DNA of 64,000 bases from Candidatus Krumholzibacteriia bacterium (GCA_963836185.1 CAWIIQ010000001.1:2016001-2080000), one strand, 5' to 3'; shown: positions 21,366-33,652, counted from the stretch's first letter. Notes: generated by a model from the letters alone, not told the origin. Made by a program: numbers and translations.

Positions 21366-24300
21366 TTATCTGAGATGGACCACCTTTCCCCTGACCGTTT
21401 CGCTGCGGTTGTAGGAATCCCTGAAAGAGACCTCGAGAACGTATATATAGGTACCGTTCGCTATCTGGTCCCCGATAAAATCCCTTCCTTCCCAGTAGAT
21501 CGAGTTAAAACCCTCTTCGGCGGCCATTTCGGCGTTCCAGATCTCGACCCCCGAGAGGTTATATACACGCAGGAGGACGTCGGCCCTGCTGCTCAGCTGA
21601 AATACGAAGTTCGTCGATTCCGTAAAAGGATTGGGCATATTGAAGACGTCGCTGACCGTGTACAGACCCTCCTCGACTACCTCGAAGACGAGTGTGTCGC
21701 TCGCGGATTCACCGAGGTTATCGAAGGCCCGCACGATCACGGAATGCTCACCGGGCTCGAAACCGGTATGAAGAGGGTAGTCGACGCGCCCGGTCGTCGA
21801 TGAACCATGCTCATATTCAAAGTATTCAGTAACGAAGATCGGGTAGCCGCTGCGGTCGAATTCAAAGTAGATCGAGTTCTGCGGCTCCGTACCGAGGATC
21901 GCGATACCGTCGCTGTCGGCTATATCAGCCACGAGGATAGCTCCTCTCTTGACCTTGGTCGCCTGGCCGGAGAAGTACATGTCGATATCGGGGGGGCCTT
22001 CGTTCGGCGGCACCGTACCCGACGTGACTATCGCGAGCGTATCGACCGCGCCTGTCCCGTCGTCCCCCATTTCGCTTACATAGGATCGGACCCTCGCCCT
22101 CGGCCCCGTCCTGCACCTTACCGGCACTACGAAATCGAGATCGAACCTCCCGGCTGTAACATCTACCGAGCCTCTGAAGATATCCTTGCCGGGAAGCCTG
22201 TAATCGAGTTTCGTGGGGGTGCCCCAGTGGACGATATCCCTGCTGATCATCTCCATCGATTCCTGCACGACTATCTCAGCCGTGCCGTTGAATGTCGAAA
22301 GGAGTTCTCCGCCCTCGGTCACCCTGCCGTTTAGCGTATACCTGCCGCCCGTGCCCATAGTATCGATCGGGGCGATCTCATGCTCGACCATACGATGCGG
22401 CAGAGAAAGCGTCATCGCCGGATCGCCGAGCAGGATGTACTTGGCGTTGTTGCTCGTATACATGAAGGTCTCATCATCGGTCTTTGCCATCATGAGAGCA
22501 GTGCCGACCGGCTCTGTCGCTGTGCTGTCCCCACCGGTGAACAGGTAGTCGAAATAGATATAGTTCAGTTCCCTGTTAGGGATAAGTATCGTGGGAGCGA
22601 CTCCCGCGATCACCGCTATCGCTCCGCCCTCTTCGAGGACCGTGATCTCCTGCCCCATACTCCTGTGGAACGGGGATTCGAGATCACCGACGGTACAGGA
22701 GAAAGCGAGAAAGAGCGGCTGCATGTCTCCGTTGACAAACGAATACAGATCTGACATCTGCAGCACTCTTTCATCGGAAAGCTGCTGCGGAGACCCGTGC
22801 CCCGCGTAGTTGACGACGAGGGCTCCGCGCGACCATGCCTCTATCATGTCGCTTGTAGCGCCCGGTTTCAGGTCGCCGACAAAAGGATAATTGGTCAGGT
22901 ATATTTTGCTGTAGTCGACGAATCTCGGGATCGGCCCATCGTCGGCCGTCATCCATTCGGCGTCCCACGTGAAGTAGAAATCGTTATCGGTACTCGTCGA
23001 GAACTCATCGTCCGCGACGACGATCACCCGGTTCCTCCACGTCCCCATCTCCATATCCGATTCGTACCTTATCAATCGATCGACCCACAGGTCGGCAGCC
23101 CTCCGGGTCAGCACGGGCATCCTTCCTATGGCCACGTCGATCATCCTGTCGTAGCCGGCGTCGAGCTTGACGAGGAAATCGTCATCTTCGACACCCTGGT
23201 CCTCGTAATTCACGTTGATGTAGACAGGCACGAAATCGTTCCCGCGGCCCAGAATATCCCTGGCGTCGTATGTACAGTTACCGATCAGCAGCGCGTAATC
23301 GATGACAGGCGCCCCGCCCTCGCTGAAATTGTCATAGAGGAATTTCAGATAGTTCCTGACGGCCAGGGGATCCTTCATTCCGCCGGAGAAGTTGTTGTAG
23401 ACATCCTCGATATCTACCGCTCTTACTACGGGATCTGCCGAATAGGGAAGATTGTCCCTGCGGTGCGTGGCCAGGCGGTTGGCCGCTTCCCGGAAATTGC
23501 GGTGATAGACTATGATCATGTCGGGCGGCGTCTCGTCCCTCAAGGAGGGAAAGACTCCGGGCGCCATGCTTTCGATAATGATCGACGGGGTGAGGATACT
23601 CGAGGCCGCTGACGCGTGATAGTGCAGGGGAACCGCGCCGAGCATATCTTCGAAGACTATCTCGCCCTGGGAGTTCTGCCATCCGGTAAGCAGCACCGGC
23701 CCCGCGTGGTCCGTGACCTCGAAGAGGAATATCTCCTCCGCCTCCGGGAATCCGTTGATCGTAATCGCCGCGGTACGCATATCAGAGGGCGCGAAGAAAT
23801 CGAGCCGTCCATCGAGCGCCTTGAGGTATCTTTCGTAGAACAGGTCGAACCAGAGGACATACATCACGTCTTCCGATGTCTTGACCAGTCTGAACTGGTT
23901 TTCTCCTTCCACTATCGAGCTCAGCGCAGTCTCGACAGTGTCCGGCCTGAAATCGGTGTATACTATCCAGCTCATGTGGCCGGCATGTTCCCCGTTCACA
24001 TAGCAGTCCGCTTCATTGAGGTTATTGTTGTATATGTACGGGCCGTAGCCAAGCGTCCTGACCATCCCGCCGCCGCCGGCGATATCTACGCACTGGAACC
24101 TTTCGATGAAGTTGGTCGTGCCCTCGTTCAGGCGCCTCCAGTACCAGAAATCGTCCGTGTGTATCGGATCGTAGAGAGCGTCCCGCTCGACATGGATACG
24201 ATGGCTGTATGTATTGACTTCGAGGTCCGCTGAACCGGCCGGCGCTACATCACGGCTCTGCACCCTCGAGGGCTGCCCCTCGAACGATCCGCCCCAGCTC

Positions 24301-25279
24301 ATCCAGTAGACGCTGTTTTCACAGTACATGTGCTTGTAGAAGCGAATATCACCGGTCGAAGGATCGAGGTGGTCGCTCCATCCTTCGGCCCCGAGGCCGT
24401 AGAAGATGAAATACTCACCTGGCATCATCGAACCGGTATTGGCCCCTGAGTAGTGAAGCTCGACTTCGGTGAGATGGTAATCCTCCTCGAAGCTGCCGCC
24501 GTAACGTATGCTGTCGGGCTGCTGCAGCGGGCCTGAAGTGAATATGCGGACTGTCGCGGGATCTATCGTCTGCGGATTGACACCGGCGCCTGTCAGGTCC
24601 TCATAAGAGATCCTGTAGAGTCCAGCGCCTTCCATCGTCAGCTTCAGCCATTTGTCCGACAGAGAGAACTCGAAGGGTGTCCTGTCCGCCGGAGCAGCGA
24701 GAGCCGGCCTCTCCTCCGATCCGGTCCATCTGCCCGCCCCGATGACATACCGGTCCTCCGGTCCCGGGACCGAACGCTTCGCGGAAACAGGTCTCGATGG
24801 AGCCCACGACAGCCTGACTGTTATCCTCTCCGAGTGAAGCAGGCTTCCGTTTCCCGCATCGGCGATCACCGGGTATATATCTACGAGTGCCAGCCTTCTC
24901 TTCCTCATCGTCTCGACCGACGCGAGTACGGCAAAATCCCTCGGCGCCGCCGGAACGGACTCTCCCCCCGGTAAGACTTCAGGCACGACGCCTTCGACAG
25001 GCACGGCATCGCTGCCGAGTACCTGAAGCCTTATTCCGCGGTCAGCCGGCACTTCTATCAGAAATCTTTTAACGGGAAGGACGGGAAGGCCCGGGATCCT
25101 CTCCTGTGTGAAACCCGGGATACGAACTTCAGCTGCGCCCGGCAGTGATCACTGGACGGCCCGTAATAAACTCTATCGTGATGCCGGCATCGTCCTCTGA
25201 GACGATGCGCCAGTCTGCCGCCCCGGCGGCGGCCGGAACGAGCAGCGATGATTAGAAGCAGTATCGGAAGCCTCTTCAT
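21366..25279 (-). CDS. porU: PorU-like type IX secretion sortase (peptidase C25); N-terminus broken by frameshifts
   Basis: GLYRISYEDL, IGRMP, YAGHGS (His), AFSCTVG (Cys), LLGDPA, C-terminal PNPF...GTYIY. Likely start MKRLPILLLII at 25279, out of frame with the 21366..25052 ORF. Confidence 0.88.
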
Positions 25280-25686
25280 CCGTTCCTCCTGATCATCCAT
25301 ACTATGACGATGGCGGTAAACGCGACCTGGACAGCGACGCTCCACGCGCCTGTCTCCCTCCCATGCCTGAGAAGTCCCTTCCTGTGACCTGGGAAGATCA
25401 TCTGGTCCCGGCGGATCTTTCCCGTCTTCTGGAGCAGGTTCTCGAGATCGGGCAGAACGGCGAAGAGCCCGCAGAGCACGATCGCCGTACTGAAGGCTCC
25501 ACCCGCGAAAAGAACGATCATCGCGACGAGCCACAGCACGATCTCCAGGCGGTAATCCTCGAAGTCCTTGTGAGGGATCATATCGAGCAGCAGATGGCTG
25601 CCGAGGCCGATAAAAGGTGCCGCCAACGGAACCGGTATCAGCGATCCGGCCAGCGCTCCGGCGGCAAAATGAGTAAATACGCTCAC
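25276..25686 (-). CDS. Membrane protein with H/D motifs (possible metal-binding hydrolase)
   Basis: THFAAG, SHLLLDMIPH, LPDLE; hydrophobic segments; probable GTG start at 25686. Confidence 0.65.
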   Translation of the reverse strand: MSVFTHFAAGALAGSLIPVPLAAPFIGLGSHLLLDMIPHKDFEDYRLEIVLWLVAMIVLFAGGAFSTAIVLCGLFAVLPDLENLLQKTGKIRRDQMIFPGHRKGLLRHGRETGAWSVAVQVAFTAIVIVWMIRRNG

Positions 25687-25709
25687 GGACTGTGCCTCCG
25701 CGGGGGAAA

Positions 25710-25880
25710 TCAGTCGTCGAGAGGGAGTGCCCGCTCGACGAGCATTATGGGAATATCCTCCTCGATGGGATATCTCACGGCGCAACTCTCGCAGATCAGC
25801 CATGAGCCATCCTCACTGAGGATGACCTTCTCCTTGCAGCCGGGACAGGCAAGAATATCGAGCAGATCTTTTTTGACCAT
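25710..25880 (-). CDS. Trm112/YcaR-family protein (56 aa)
   Basis: Manual translation MVKKDLLDILACPGCK...LICESCAVRYPIEEDIPIML; purine-rich RBS upstream; below the ORF-track length cutoff. Confidence 0.9.
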   Translation of the reverse strand: MVKKDLLDILACPGCKEKVILSEDGSWLICESCAVRYPIEEDIPIMLVERALPLDD

Positions 25881-26009
25881 CGTTCTCTTCCCCTCAAGGA
25901 AAAATCCCTGACAAAGACGGAAAAATCCAACTTCCCATCAGGGACCTGCAGCACAGAAGCAAATTTTCAGTGGGGATCGATGCTCCCCACTCCTCAAGCT
26001 GGCTGTATA

Positions 26010-26039
26010 ATTATAAGAAAAATCAGGCCTTCAGGTCAA
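26010..26039 (-). promoter_or_regulatory. Sigma70-like promoter for the trm112-porU operon
   Basis: Minus strand TTGACC-N18-TATAAT. Confidence 0.65.
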
Positions 26040-26064
26040 GTCGATAATCGATACAGGCTCTCCG

Positions 26065-27018
26065 TCACTCCTCGAAAGCCCCCATTTCGGAGAATTTCTG
26101 CCTCCGCCTCTCTAGAAGAAGATCAGCCTGGATATCCTCGATCTTTGCCAGTTCGGCGAGGAACTCATCCCGGATGCGCTCCGCTGTCCCCTCAGGGTCC
26201 CTGTGGGCCGCTCCTTTCGATTCCTCGATCATTCTGTCGATGACATTGAGCTTGAGGCAGTCACCGGCAGTGAGCCGAAGGGCCTCGGCCGCGTCAGGCG
26301 CCTTATCCCGGCTCTTCCACAGAATCGCGGCGCACCCTTCGGGTGAGATCACCGAGTATATGGAATGCTCCAGCATAAGCACGCTGTCACCGACAGCGAG
26401 GGCAAGGGCGCCGCCGCTGCCCCCCTCCCCGATGATCACTACTACTATCGGAGTATCTATATCGAACACCTGCTGCAGGTTGTCGGCGATCGCCCTCGGC
26501 TGGCCCCTCTCCTCGGCATCCACGCCGGGGTATGCACCGGGGGTATCGACGATCGAGAGTATCGGCATACCGAACTTCTCGGCCGTTTTCATCAGGCGCA
26601 GAGCTTTCCTGAATCCCTCGGGGCTGGCCATTCCGAAGTTACGGGTTATCTTCTCCTTCGTATTGCGGCCCTTCTCGTGGGCGACGATCATGACCTTTCG
26701 TCCACCGATCACGGCGATCCCGCCGACCACTGCCGGATCGTCCCGGAAGAGGCGGTCGCCATGAAGCTCCTCGAACTCCCCGCCTATCAGCCTGATATAA
26801 TCGACGGCCGTCGGCCGCATCGGATGCCTGGCGAGCTGGACCTGCTCCCAGGCGGAGAGGTCCCTGTATACCTTCTCCTCGAGATCCGCCAGCTTCTGCT
26901 CGAGACCGGCGATCTCTCCGGCGGAGGACTTTCCCTCCTTCTTGAGCCTGTCTATCCTGCCCTGAAGCTCATAGACCGGTTTTTCGAATTCCAGGATCCT
27001 CGCTTCATTCTGTTCCAT
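26065..27018 (-). CDS. accA: Acetyl-CoA carboxylase carboxyltransferase alpha
   Basis: LEFEKP, ARHPMRP, ELHGDR, DTPGAYPG, GEGGSGGA, YSVISPEGCA. Confidence 0.97.
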   Translation of the reverse strand: MEQNEARILEFEKPVYELQGRIDRLKKEGKSSAGEIAGLEQKLADLEEKVYRDLSAWEQVQLARHPMRPTAVDYIRLIGGEFEELHGDRLFRDDPAVVGGIAVIGGRKVMIVAHEKGRNTKEKITRNFGMASPEGFRKALRLMKTAEKFGMPILSIVDTPGAYPGVDAEERGQPRAIADNLQQVFDIDTPIVVVIIGEGGSGGALALAVGDSVLMLEHSIYSVISPEGCAAILWKSRDKAPDAAEALRLTAGDCLKLNVIDRMIEESKGAAHRDPEGTAERIRDEFLAELAKIEDIQADLLLERRRQKFSEMGAFEE

Positions 27019-27032
27019 CGGATCACATCTTT

Positions 27033-27806
27033 CTAGAACCAGTTCATGTAAACGATCTCTACCGAGCGAGCCACACCGCTCTCCGGAATATAGTTGCCGA
27101 GCAGGTCCTTGAACAGGAGCCTGATCCTCAGGTTCTCTCCGTATTCGAACCTCACTCCGCAGTCCAGATATCCCCTCCCCTTCGTCCTTGAAGTCGGGAC
27201 ATCCGGGTCGTTATCATCGAAAGCCGCCGTATAATCAAGCAGCAGCGTAAGCCCGTGAACGACGGTAAAAGATGATCCTGCGAAGACATCTATGCCGCTC
27301 TCGTCACGGTCCTCGAACGAATAATTGATCCCCCCGTGCAGCCCGATATTGATGCGGGCATCGAAGTTCCTGCTAAGCACGGCGTATGCCCCGAGCGACT
27401 TGCGCTCGTACCTGTCGTCCTCATCTATGTAGTATCCCTCGCCCTGCGTATCGATACCGAGCGCCAGCGCCGGCCCGGCGAGGCCCTCCTCGATCAACCT
27501 GAACCTGACCTGGAACCCGGGAAGATCATTCAGCTCTATATCACCCCGTCCTATGAAGTTCTGAAGCCCGAAGGACAGGCCGAGCATCACCCTGTCCCAG
27601 AATCCTACCCCCATGCCGAAGAGGAGCGCGTTCTCGGGGCCGAGCCTGCCCTCGAACATATACGATCCGTGACCTATCAGCCCGGCAGTCGGTGTGGAGA
27701 CCACCTTCAGATCCTCGAGCAGCTGCGCCTCGGCGCCGGCCGCGGCCATCATCACGACAGCGATCACCGTCAGAGTCAGGACGACGGGCCTACGAGACTT
27801 CCACAT
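27033..27806 (-). CDS. YjbH-like outer membrane beta-barrel protein
   Basis: Signal peptide, N-terminal TPTAG motif, beta-strand pattern, C-terminal F. Confidence 0.6.
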   Translation of the reverse strand: MWKSRRPVVLTLTVIAVVMMAAAGAEAQLLEDLKVVSTPTAGLIGHGSYMFEGRLGPENALLFGMGVGFWDRVMLGLSFGLQNFIGRGDIELNDLPGFQVRFRLIEEGLAGPALALGIDTQGEGYYIDEDDRYERKSLGAYAVLSRNFDARINIGLHGGINYSFEDRDESGIDVFAGSSFTVVHGLTLLLDYTAAFDDNDPDVPTSRTKGRGYLDCGVRFEYGENLRIRLLFKDLLGNYIPESGVARSVEIVYMNWF

Positions 27807-30800
27807 GTTCCACCCCCGATATACTCTTCAGTTCACCGATAAGATCGAGGCCGGGGGATACTCCCATCGCCCTTGGCCTGACCTTCCTCTCGCCATCTCC
27901 ATTGAGCTTCACGTGAAGCACCACCGACTTCTCGCCCGAATACCGGGCTATTGCGTCCCTCATTGTCTCGAGCTCAGCTTCACCGAGCTTCTCTCCATCC
28001 ACTTTCAGGTGCACCGTGCGGGCGAGATACCTGAGCGATTCATCGATCGTGTATACCTTGTCGGCAATGATCTTCGTATCGCTTCCATCCCTGATCGTGA
28101 TCTTCCCCGGTATTACTACGAGGTTGTCCTTCTCCAGCCTCTCCCTGCTCGTGCGGAAGGAGCTGGCGAAAACGATCACCTCGTACGAGCCGTTGAAATC
28201 CTCCAGCGTGACAAAAGCCATCGCCTGGCCCTTCCGGTCGTTGATGATCCTCAGGTCGATCACCATGCCGGCCAGGACTACCTGTTCCTTGTCCTTCTTC
28301 TCCTGCAGCGTGGTGCTGTCGACCGAGAGAAGGGGCCCGAGGATATCGCGATACTTGTCGAGCGGATGTCCAGAGAAGTAGAACCCGAGCGATTCCTTCT
28401 CCCTGTGGAGCCGCTCGCTCTCCTCCCATTCCGGGATGTCGTCCAGTAGCACCGTCTCGACGTCGGAAGTGCCCTCGCCGAGAAGCAGCGGCACCTGTCC
28501 CTTGTCCCTCTCCGATTGCCTGCGCTGCGCCCGCGCGATGACGCGGTCGAGAGAGACCATCTTCTGCGCCCTGTTTCCAGGCAGGGAATCCATCGCCCCG
28601 CTCTGGATGAGGTTGTCGATGACACGGCGGTTTACCTGCCTGAGATCGATACGGTTGCAGAAATCGAACAGGTCGTTGAATGGACCGTTCTCCAGCCTCT
28701 CCTTCACGACGCTGTCGATCGCCTTCTCCCCGACATTCTTTATCGCGGCGAGGCCGTACGTTATCGCTCCGCCGGCCAGCCCGAAGACCGTGCCCCCCGA
28801 ATTGATGTCGGGCGGGTCGACGAGGAGATCGAGGTTCCTGCATTCGTCGAGAAGGATGATCAGCCTGTCCGTATTGCCCATGTCGCTCGTCATTGCGGCG
28901 GCCATGAATGCCGCCGTATGATGCGTCTTGAGATAGGCAGTCTGCATCGAGACCATCGCGTAGGCGGCCGAATGCGACTTGTTGAACCCGTACCCGGCAA
29001 AGAATGCCATCAGCTCGAAGACCTTCTTTGCCGTCTTCTGCGGTATGCCGCGCTCCACGGATCCGGAGATGAAAGCCTTGCGCTGCTTCTCCATCTCTTT
29101 GACCTTTTTCTTTCCCATCGCGCGACGCAGGATATCGGCCTGTCCGAGTGTAAAACCGGCCATATCGCTCGCGATGCGCATGACCTGCTCCTGGTAGAGG
29201 ATCACGCCATATGTCTCCTCGAGTATAGGTTCGAGAAGCTTGTGGTCGTAACGGATCTTCTTGCGGCCGTGCTTGCGCTCGATGTAATCGTCCACGACTC
29301 CTCCGCCGAGAGGGCCGGGACGGTAAAGCGCGTTGACGGCGGTGATGTCACCGAAGACTGTCGGTACCATCTTGCGAAGCAGGTCCCGCATCCCGGATGA
29401 CTCGAGCTGGAAGAGGGCGACGGTCTGCCCCTTCTGAAGGAGTTCGAAAGTCTCCGGATCATCGATCGGTATCTCATCGATATCTATCGCGATACCTTCA
29501 TGTTTCTTTATCAGAGCGATAGTGTTCTCGAGATGGGAGAGGGTCTTGAGCCCCAGGATATCTATCTTCAGCAGCCCGATGCTCTCGAGGATCTTCATCT
29601 CGTACTGCGTCGTTACTTCGCCCTTGCTCGAACGATAAAGGGGCACATGATCGACGAGCCTCGTCGGAGTGATCACGAGCCCGGCCGCGTGCGTCGACGC
29701 GTGACGTGCCAGTCCCTCGAGACGCAGCGACAGGTCGATGAGACGCTTTATCTGCGGTTCGCTCCTGTATTTTGCCTTTATCTCGGGCACTTCCTCCATG
29801 GCCTCGGTCAAGCGTAGTACCCGGCACCGGCGGTATCATCTTGGCGAGTTTGTCGACATCGCCGTACGGTATCTTCAGGACCCTGCCGACATCCCTCACC
29901 ACTGCCCTCGCCGCCATCCTCCCGAAGGTGATTATCTGGCAGACATTCTCCTTCCCGTACTTCTCTACGACATGATCGATGACCTCCTGGCGCTTCTCGT
30001 CGCAGAAGTCTATATCTATATCCGGCATGGAGATACGCTCAGGATTTAAGAACCTCTCGAATAGAAGCCCGTTCTCCAGCGGATTGATGTTCGTGATCCC
30101 GAGGGCGTAGCAGACGAGGCTCCCGGCCGCCGAACCCCTTCCCGGGCCGACCGGGATATTCATCTCCTTGGCGGCGTGCACGATATCCCAGACGATAAGG
30201 AAGTACCCGGCGAAGTCCATCTTGTTGATCACGTCGAGCTCGTACCTGACCCTCTCCCTCGCCTCTTCGGTCACCTCGGGAAGACGATCGGGAAGGTACC
30301 CCTCGACAAGGTGGCTCAGATATTCCTCCGGGCTCTTGAACGGCTCGGGGATCGGGAAGACGGGAAGCTGCGTCCCCTTGTCGGTCAGCTCGAATTCGCA
30401 CTTCGCCGCGATCTCGAGCGTATTCGAAAGCGCGTCGGGATAATCGGCGAAGAGTTTATGCATCTCTTCGGGAGACTTGAAGTATGTCTCGGGGTGCGAG
30501 CGCATCCCCCTCGCCGGATCCTCGAGGTCCTTGCCCGTCTGAAGGCAGAGCAGGACGTCGTGCGCCTCATGGTCGTCGGCCTTGCAGTAATGACAGTCGT
30601 TCGTCGCGACGATCGGCAGATCGAGTTCCCGGGCCAGCTCGACGAGTTTCGGGATCAGTTCGATCTCCTCGGGGATACCATGGTTCTGAAGCTCGATGTA
30701 GAAGTCGCCCGGCGCGAAGATCGATGCCAGCCGCTTGGCCAGCTGGGCCGCTTCATCCCTGCGGCCGTCCCTCAGAAGCCTCGGGATCGACCCCTGCAGG

Positions 30801-31222
30801 CAGGCAGAAAGGCCTATGAGCCCCTCCGATTTCTGCTCGAGAAGCTCGAGGTCTATCCTCGGCTTGTAATAGAATCCTTCCGTGTAGGCGATCGACGAAA
30901 GCTCGAGAAGGTTCCTGTACCCGGTCTCATTCCTGGCGAGGAGGACGAGATGTTCGTTTCTCGCCTGTCCCCTGGCCGCCGTCTTCTGCAGATGGCCCGC
31001 CCTGGCGACATATGTCTCCATGCCTACGATCGGTTTTATCCCCGCCGCTTTCGCCTCGCGGAAGAAGGGGATCGCTCCGAAGAGATTACCGTGGTCGGTG
31101 AGCGCGACCGCTTCCATACCCATATCCACGGCGGTCGATACGAGGTCCTTGATACGGAACGCCCCGTCGAGCAGGCTGTACTCCGAATGATTATGAAGAT
31201 GAAGAAATCCTGCGCCGGCCAT
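27790..31222 (-). CDS. dnaE: DNA polymerase III alpha subunit, split by one frameshift near 29812
   Basis: HLHNHSEYSLLDG, GRGSAAGS, MPDIDIDF in the 5' ORF; HAAG, YGFNKSHS and OB fold in the 3' ORF; one extra base at ACG-CTT-G-ACC. Confidence 0.97.
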
Positions 31223-31244
31223 TCTGCCTCTACCTCCCCGCCGC

Positions 31245-33506
31245 CTATTCTAGCACAAATCCGAATTCACCTGCACTCCTGTTTCCGGCCCGGTCGCTGA
31301 CCTCTATCGTAAGGACCGTATGCCCCGCCGGGAAAGAGGCTGGAACAGGGATTATGAGCCTTTTTCTGAAGCCGTCCCACTCGCAGACGACCCACTCCCC
31401 GCCGAGCCTCGCCTCGGCGGTCCATGGATCGACTCCCGTTCCATCCTCGGTCACGGGAACCGAGCAGAAATACGGCTTGAAGAAACCGCTCCCCTCGTGG
31501 TTCTTCTCGATCGCGACATGCTCGATCACCGGCGGGATCCCGTCCCTGAGGTAGATGTACCTCCCCGGCCTGTCGACCGATACGTACCCGCCATCCAGCG
31601 CAGGGACACCCACGCATTTCCAGCCCTTCTCTTCTTCCCAGATAAAGAGCCCCGCATTCGAATCAGGTTCGCAGTAGAGGCGCATCCCCTTAGAGAGGTT
31701 CTCCCTGGCGAAGTACAGGTCGAAGGAGCTGCTGACCGGCTTAAGTCCCGCGGGGATCGTTCCCCGCATGGGGACCTCTTTGACCCTCAGCACAGTGGCG
31801 CCGCGCAGCGACGGCCCCTCCAACTTTGCCTCGAGCGTATCGGAAAGTGTGAACCGGGCGCTTCCGCCCGAGCGGATGGTGAATATCCTCGCCCCCATCG
31901 CGGTGTGGATGGGGAATCCCCCGTAGCTTATCCCCGCAAATGTAAATATGGTATGCCCGGAATCGATAATATCCGGCCCTGCCATCGCGACATATTTCTT
32001 CGGACCTGTCTGGTAGATCTCCATAGGGCTGTCTCCGGCAGCTATAATGGGCTCTGCCGCCAGTATGGCATCGGTCTGCACATAGAGGGATACCCCCTGG
32101 CCCGATACAAATGGGAAAAGGGCCGCGAAAGCCATCTCCCTGTCAGACGAATTCCGCGGAGAAGCGAACCACCTGCTGACTTTCGCCCCCTCGTCATCGA
32201 CAGCGTCTATCCTGAAGACCGCGCCCGCGCTGTCGGTCACACCCGTCCTGAAATACTGTCCCTCGCGCCGGGCACCGAGCTCTGTCCATCCGACTCCGCC
32301 GTCGAAGGATTCAAATACACTGATATCTACATCGCCGCCGTCCGGGTCCCCGGCCGAGACGACGACTTCCGCCGCGGCCTCGAGCCTGCGGGCCATGGTT
32401 ATCTCCGGAAGGTCATGTATGTAAAAATGGAATATCGCGCTCGACATGTTGCCCGCCGCGTCCCTTACCTTCAGGAGCCCGACGTGAAGCCCCTTCTGAA
32501 GGGTCATCCCTGATTCCCTCTGCCCCGTATGCACGATGCCGGCCCCGGACCTGTCGCCCCTCGTCAACCCGCGCACGGGATAGAGCCTCAGGTAGCGGCC
32601 CGCCGGCCCCTCGCCCCTGACATGATACTCGGCTGATATCTCGCCCGACTGCGAATATGAAAATAGTTCGTTTCTGACCGTGTAGAGGGCCTGCCCGTCT
32701 ATTGCCAGCTCTATAGAAACAGGCGCCATCCTGTACCTGCCGTAACCCTGCTCATCCCATGTGGAAAGAGCGAAGCCGAACTCTCCATCGAGATGAAGTG
32801 TGTCGGGCAGGATGAACCTCTTCGCGCCTGACGCCCTGAAATATCTCACTACCGGCAGGGGGCCGTCTTCAGTCACGCTTCCACCGCCGAGGGGGACTAC
32901 CTCTAGGCCCGACACGATCGGAGGTACGATGTCGGGCAGTGAATAGATGTCGATGAGTGGATTAAGCGGTCTTTCGGCCTCGTCGCGCAGCTCGAAGTGC
33001 AGGTGCGGCGCGCTCGTCCCGGTCTCTCCGGAGAAGGCGACCGTATCGCCTACCTCGTAAGAATACGCCCCGTCGGGCAGCCGGAAGTCGCACCAGTTCG
33101 TCTCCCTGCGCACCCTGTAGTGCCACGCCAGCGAATCGACGGTCCTGTTGAACTGGTCGAGATGGGCGTATACGGCGGTGCGCCCGTCGGCGAGCTTGAT
33201 GTAGAGCGCCTTACCATACCCGGCGGCGCCTACCTTGACCCTGACAGCCTGCCCTTCCGATACGGCGAGGCACGGCATCCCGACAGCCCCGTACGAGCGA
33301 AGATCGATACCGGCATGATAGTGGCCGTCCCTGTATTCGCTGAAGCTCGAACTGAGGCGCCTGTTGCCGTGAAGGGGCCACAGGTAGACCTCGCCGTGAA
33401 CCGGCTCCGGCAGCGCCGGAAGCAGCGCCGCAGCTAGAAAGGCGACCACGGAAAGCTGCGAAAACAGCCCCCCGCGCAGGTTATAAGACACTCTCTTTCC
33501 AGACAT
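31245..33506 (-). CDS. M23-family metallopeptidase, exported
   Basis: HAGIDL, YAHL, APHLHFELR motifs; signal peptide. Confidence 0.9.
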   Translation of the reverse strand: MSGKRVSYNLRGGLFSQLSVVAFLAAALLPALPEPVHGEVYLWPLHGNRRLSSSFSEYRDGHYHAGIDLRSYGAVGMPCLAVSEGQAVRVKVGAAGYGKALYIKLADGRTAVYAHLDQFNRTVDSLAWHYRVRRETNWCDFRLPDGAYSYEVGDTVAFSGETGTSAPHLHFELRDEAERPLNPLIDIYSLPDIVPPIVSGLEVVPLGGGSVTEDGPLPVVRYFRASGAKRFILPDTLHLDGEFGFALSTWDEQGYGRYRMAPVSIELAIDGQALYTVRNELFSYSQSGEISAEYHVRGEGPAGRYLRLYPVRGLTRGDRSGAGIVHTGQRESGMTLQKGLHVGLLKVRDAAGNMSSAIFHFYIHDLPEITMARRLEAAAEVVVSAGDPDGGDVDISVFESFDGGVGWTELGARREGQYFRTGVTDSAGAVFRIDAVDDEGAKVSRWFASPRNSSDREMAFAALFPFVSGQGVSLYVQTDAILAAEPIIAAGDSPMEIYQTGPKKYVAMAGPDIIDSGHTIFTFAGISYGGFPIHTAMGARIFTIRSGGSARFTLSDTLEAKLEGPSLRGATVLRVKEVPMRGTIPAGLKPVSSSFDLYFARENLSKGMRLYCEPDSNAGLFIWEEEKGWKCVGVPALDGGYVSVDRPGRYIYLRDGIPPVIEHVAIEKNHEGSGFFKPYFCSVPVTEDGTGVDPWTAEARLGGEWVVCEWDGFRKRLIIPVPASFPAGHTVLTIEVSDRAGNRSAGEFGFVLE

Positions 33507-33652
33507 ATCCCGTGGAAACTACCACCGCCGGGACACAGGTGTCAACGCCGTTAAAAGATTTGCAAGCAGACAACATATTTGCTACCTTAATAGACTATGA
33601 CTGAATGATTTCTGGATATTCGACAAGTTTCGAAAGGACAGGGTAGCGGCAG

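Noticed and set aside
27790-31222. Split dnaE, split intein or programmed frameshift
   Set aside because: No intein motifs or slippery run at the break; removing one base restores a normal DnaE
173-33437. Numerous long plus-strand ORFs (e.g. 7986..9080, 30176..31300, 31320..32513)
   Set aside because: Antisense shadows of well-supported minus-strand genes in GC-rich DNA, with no recognisable motifs
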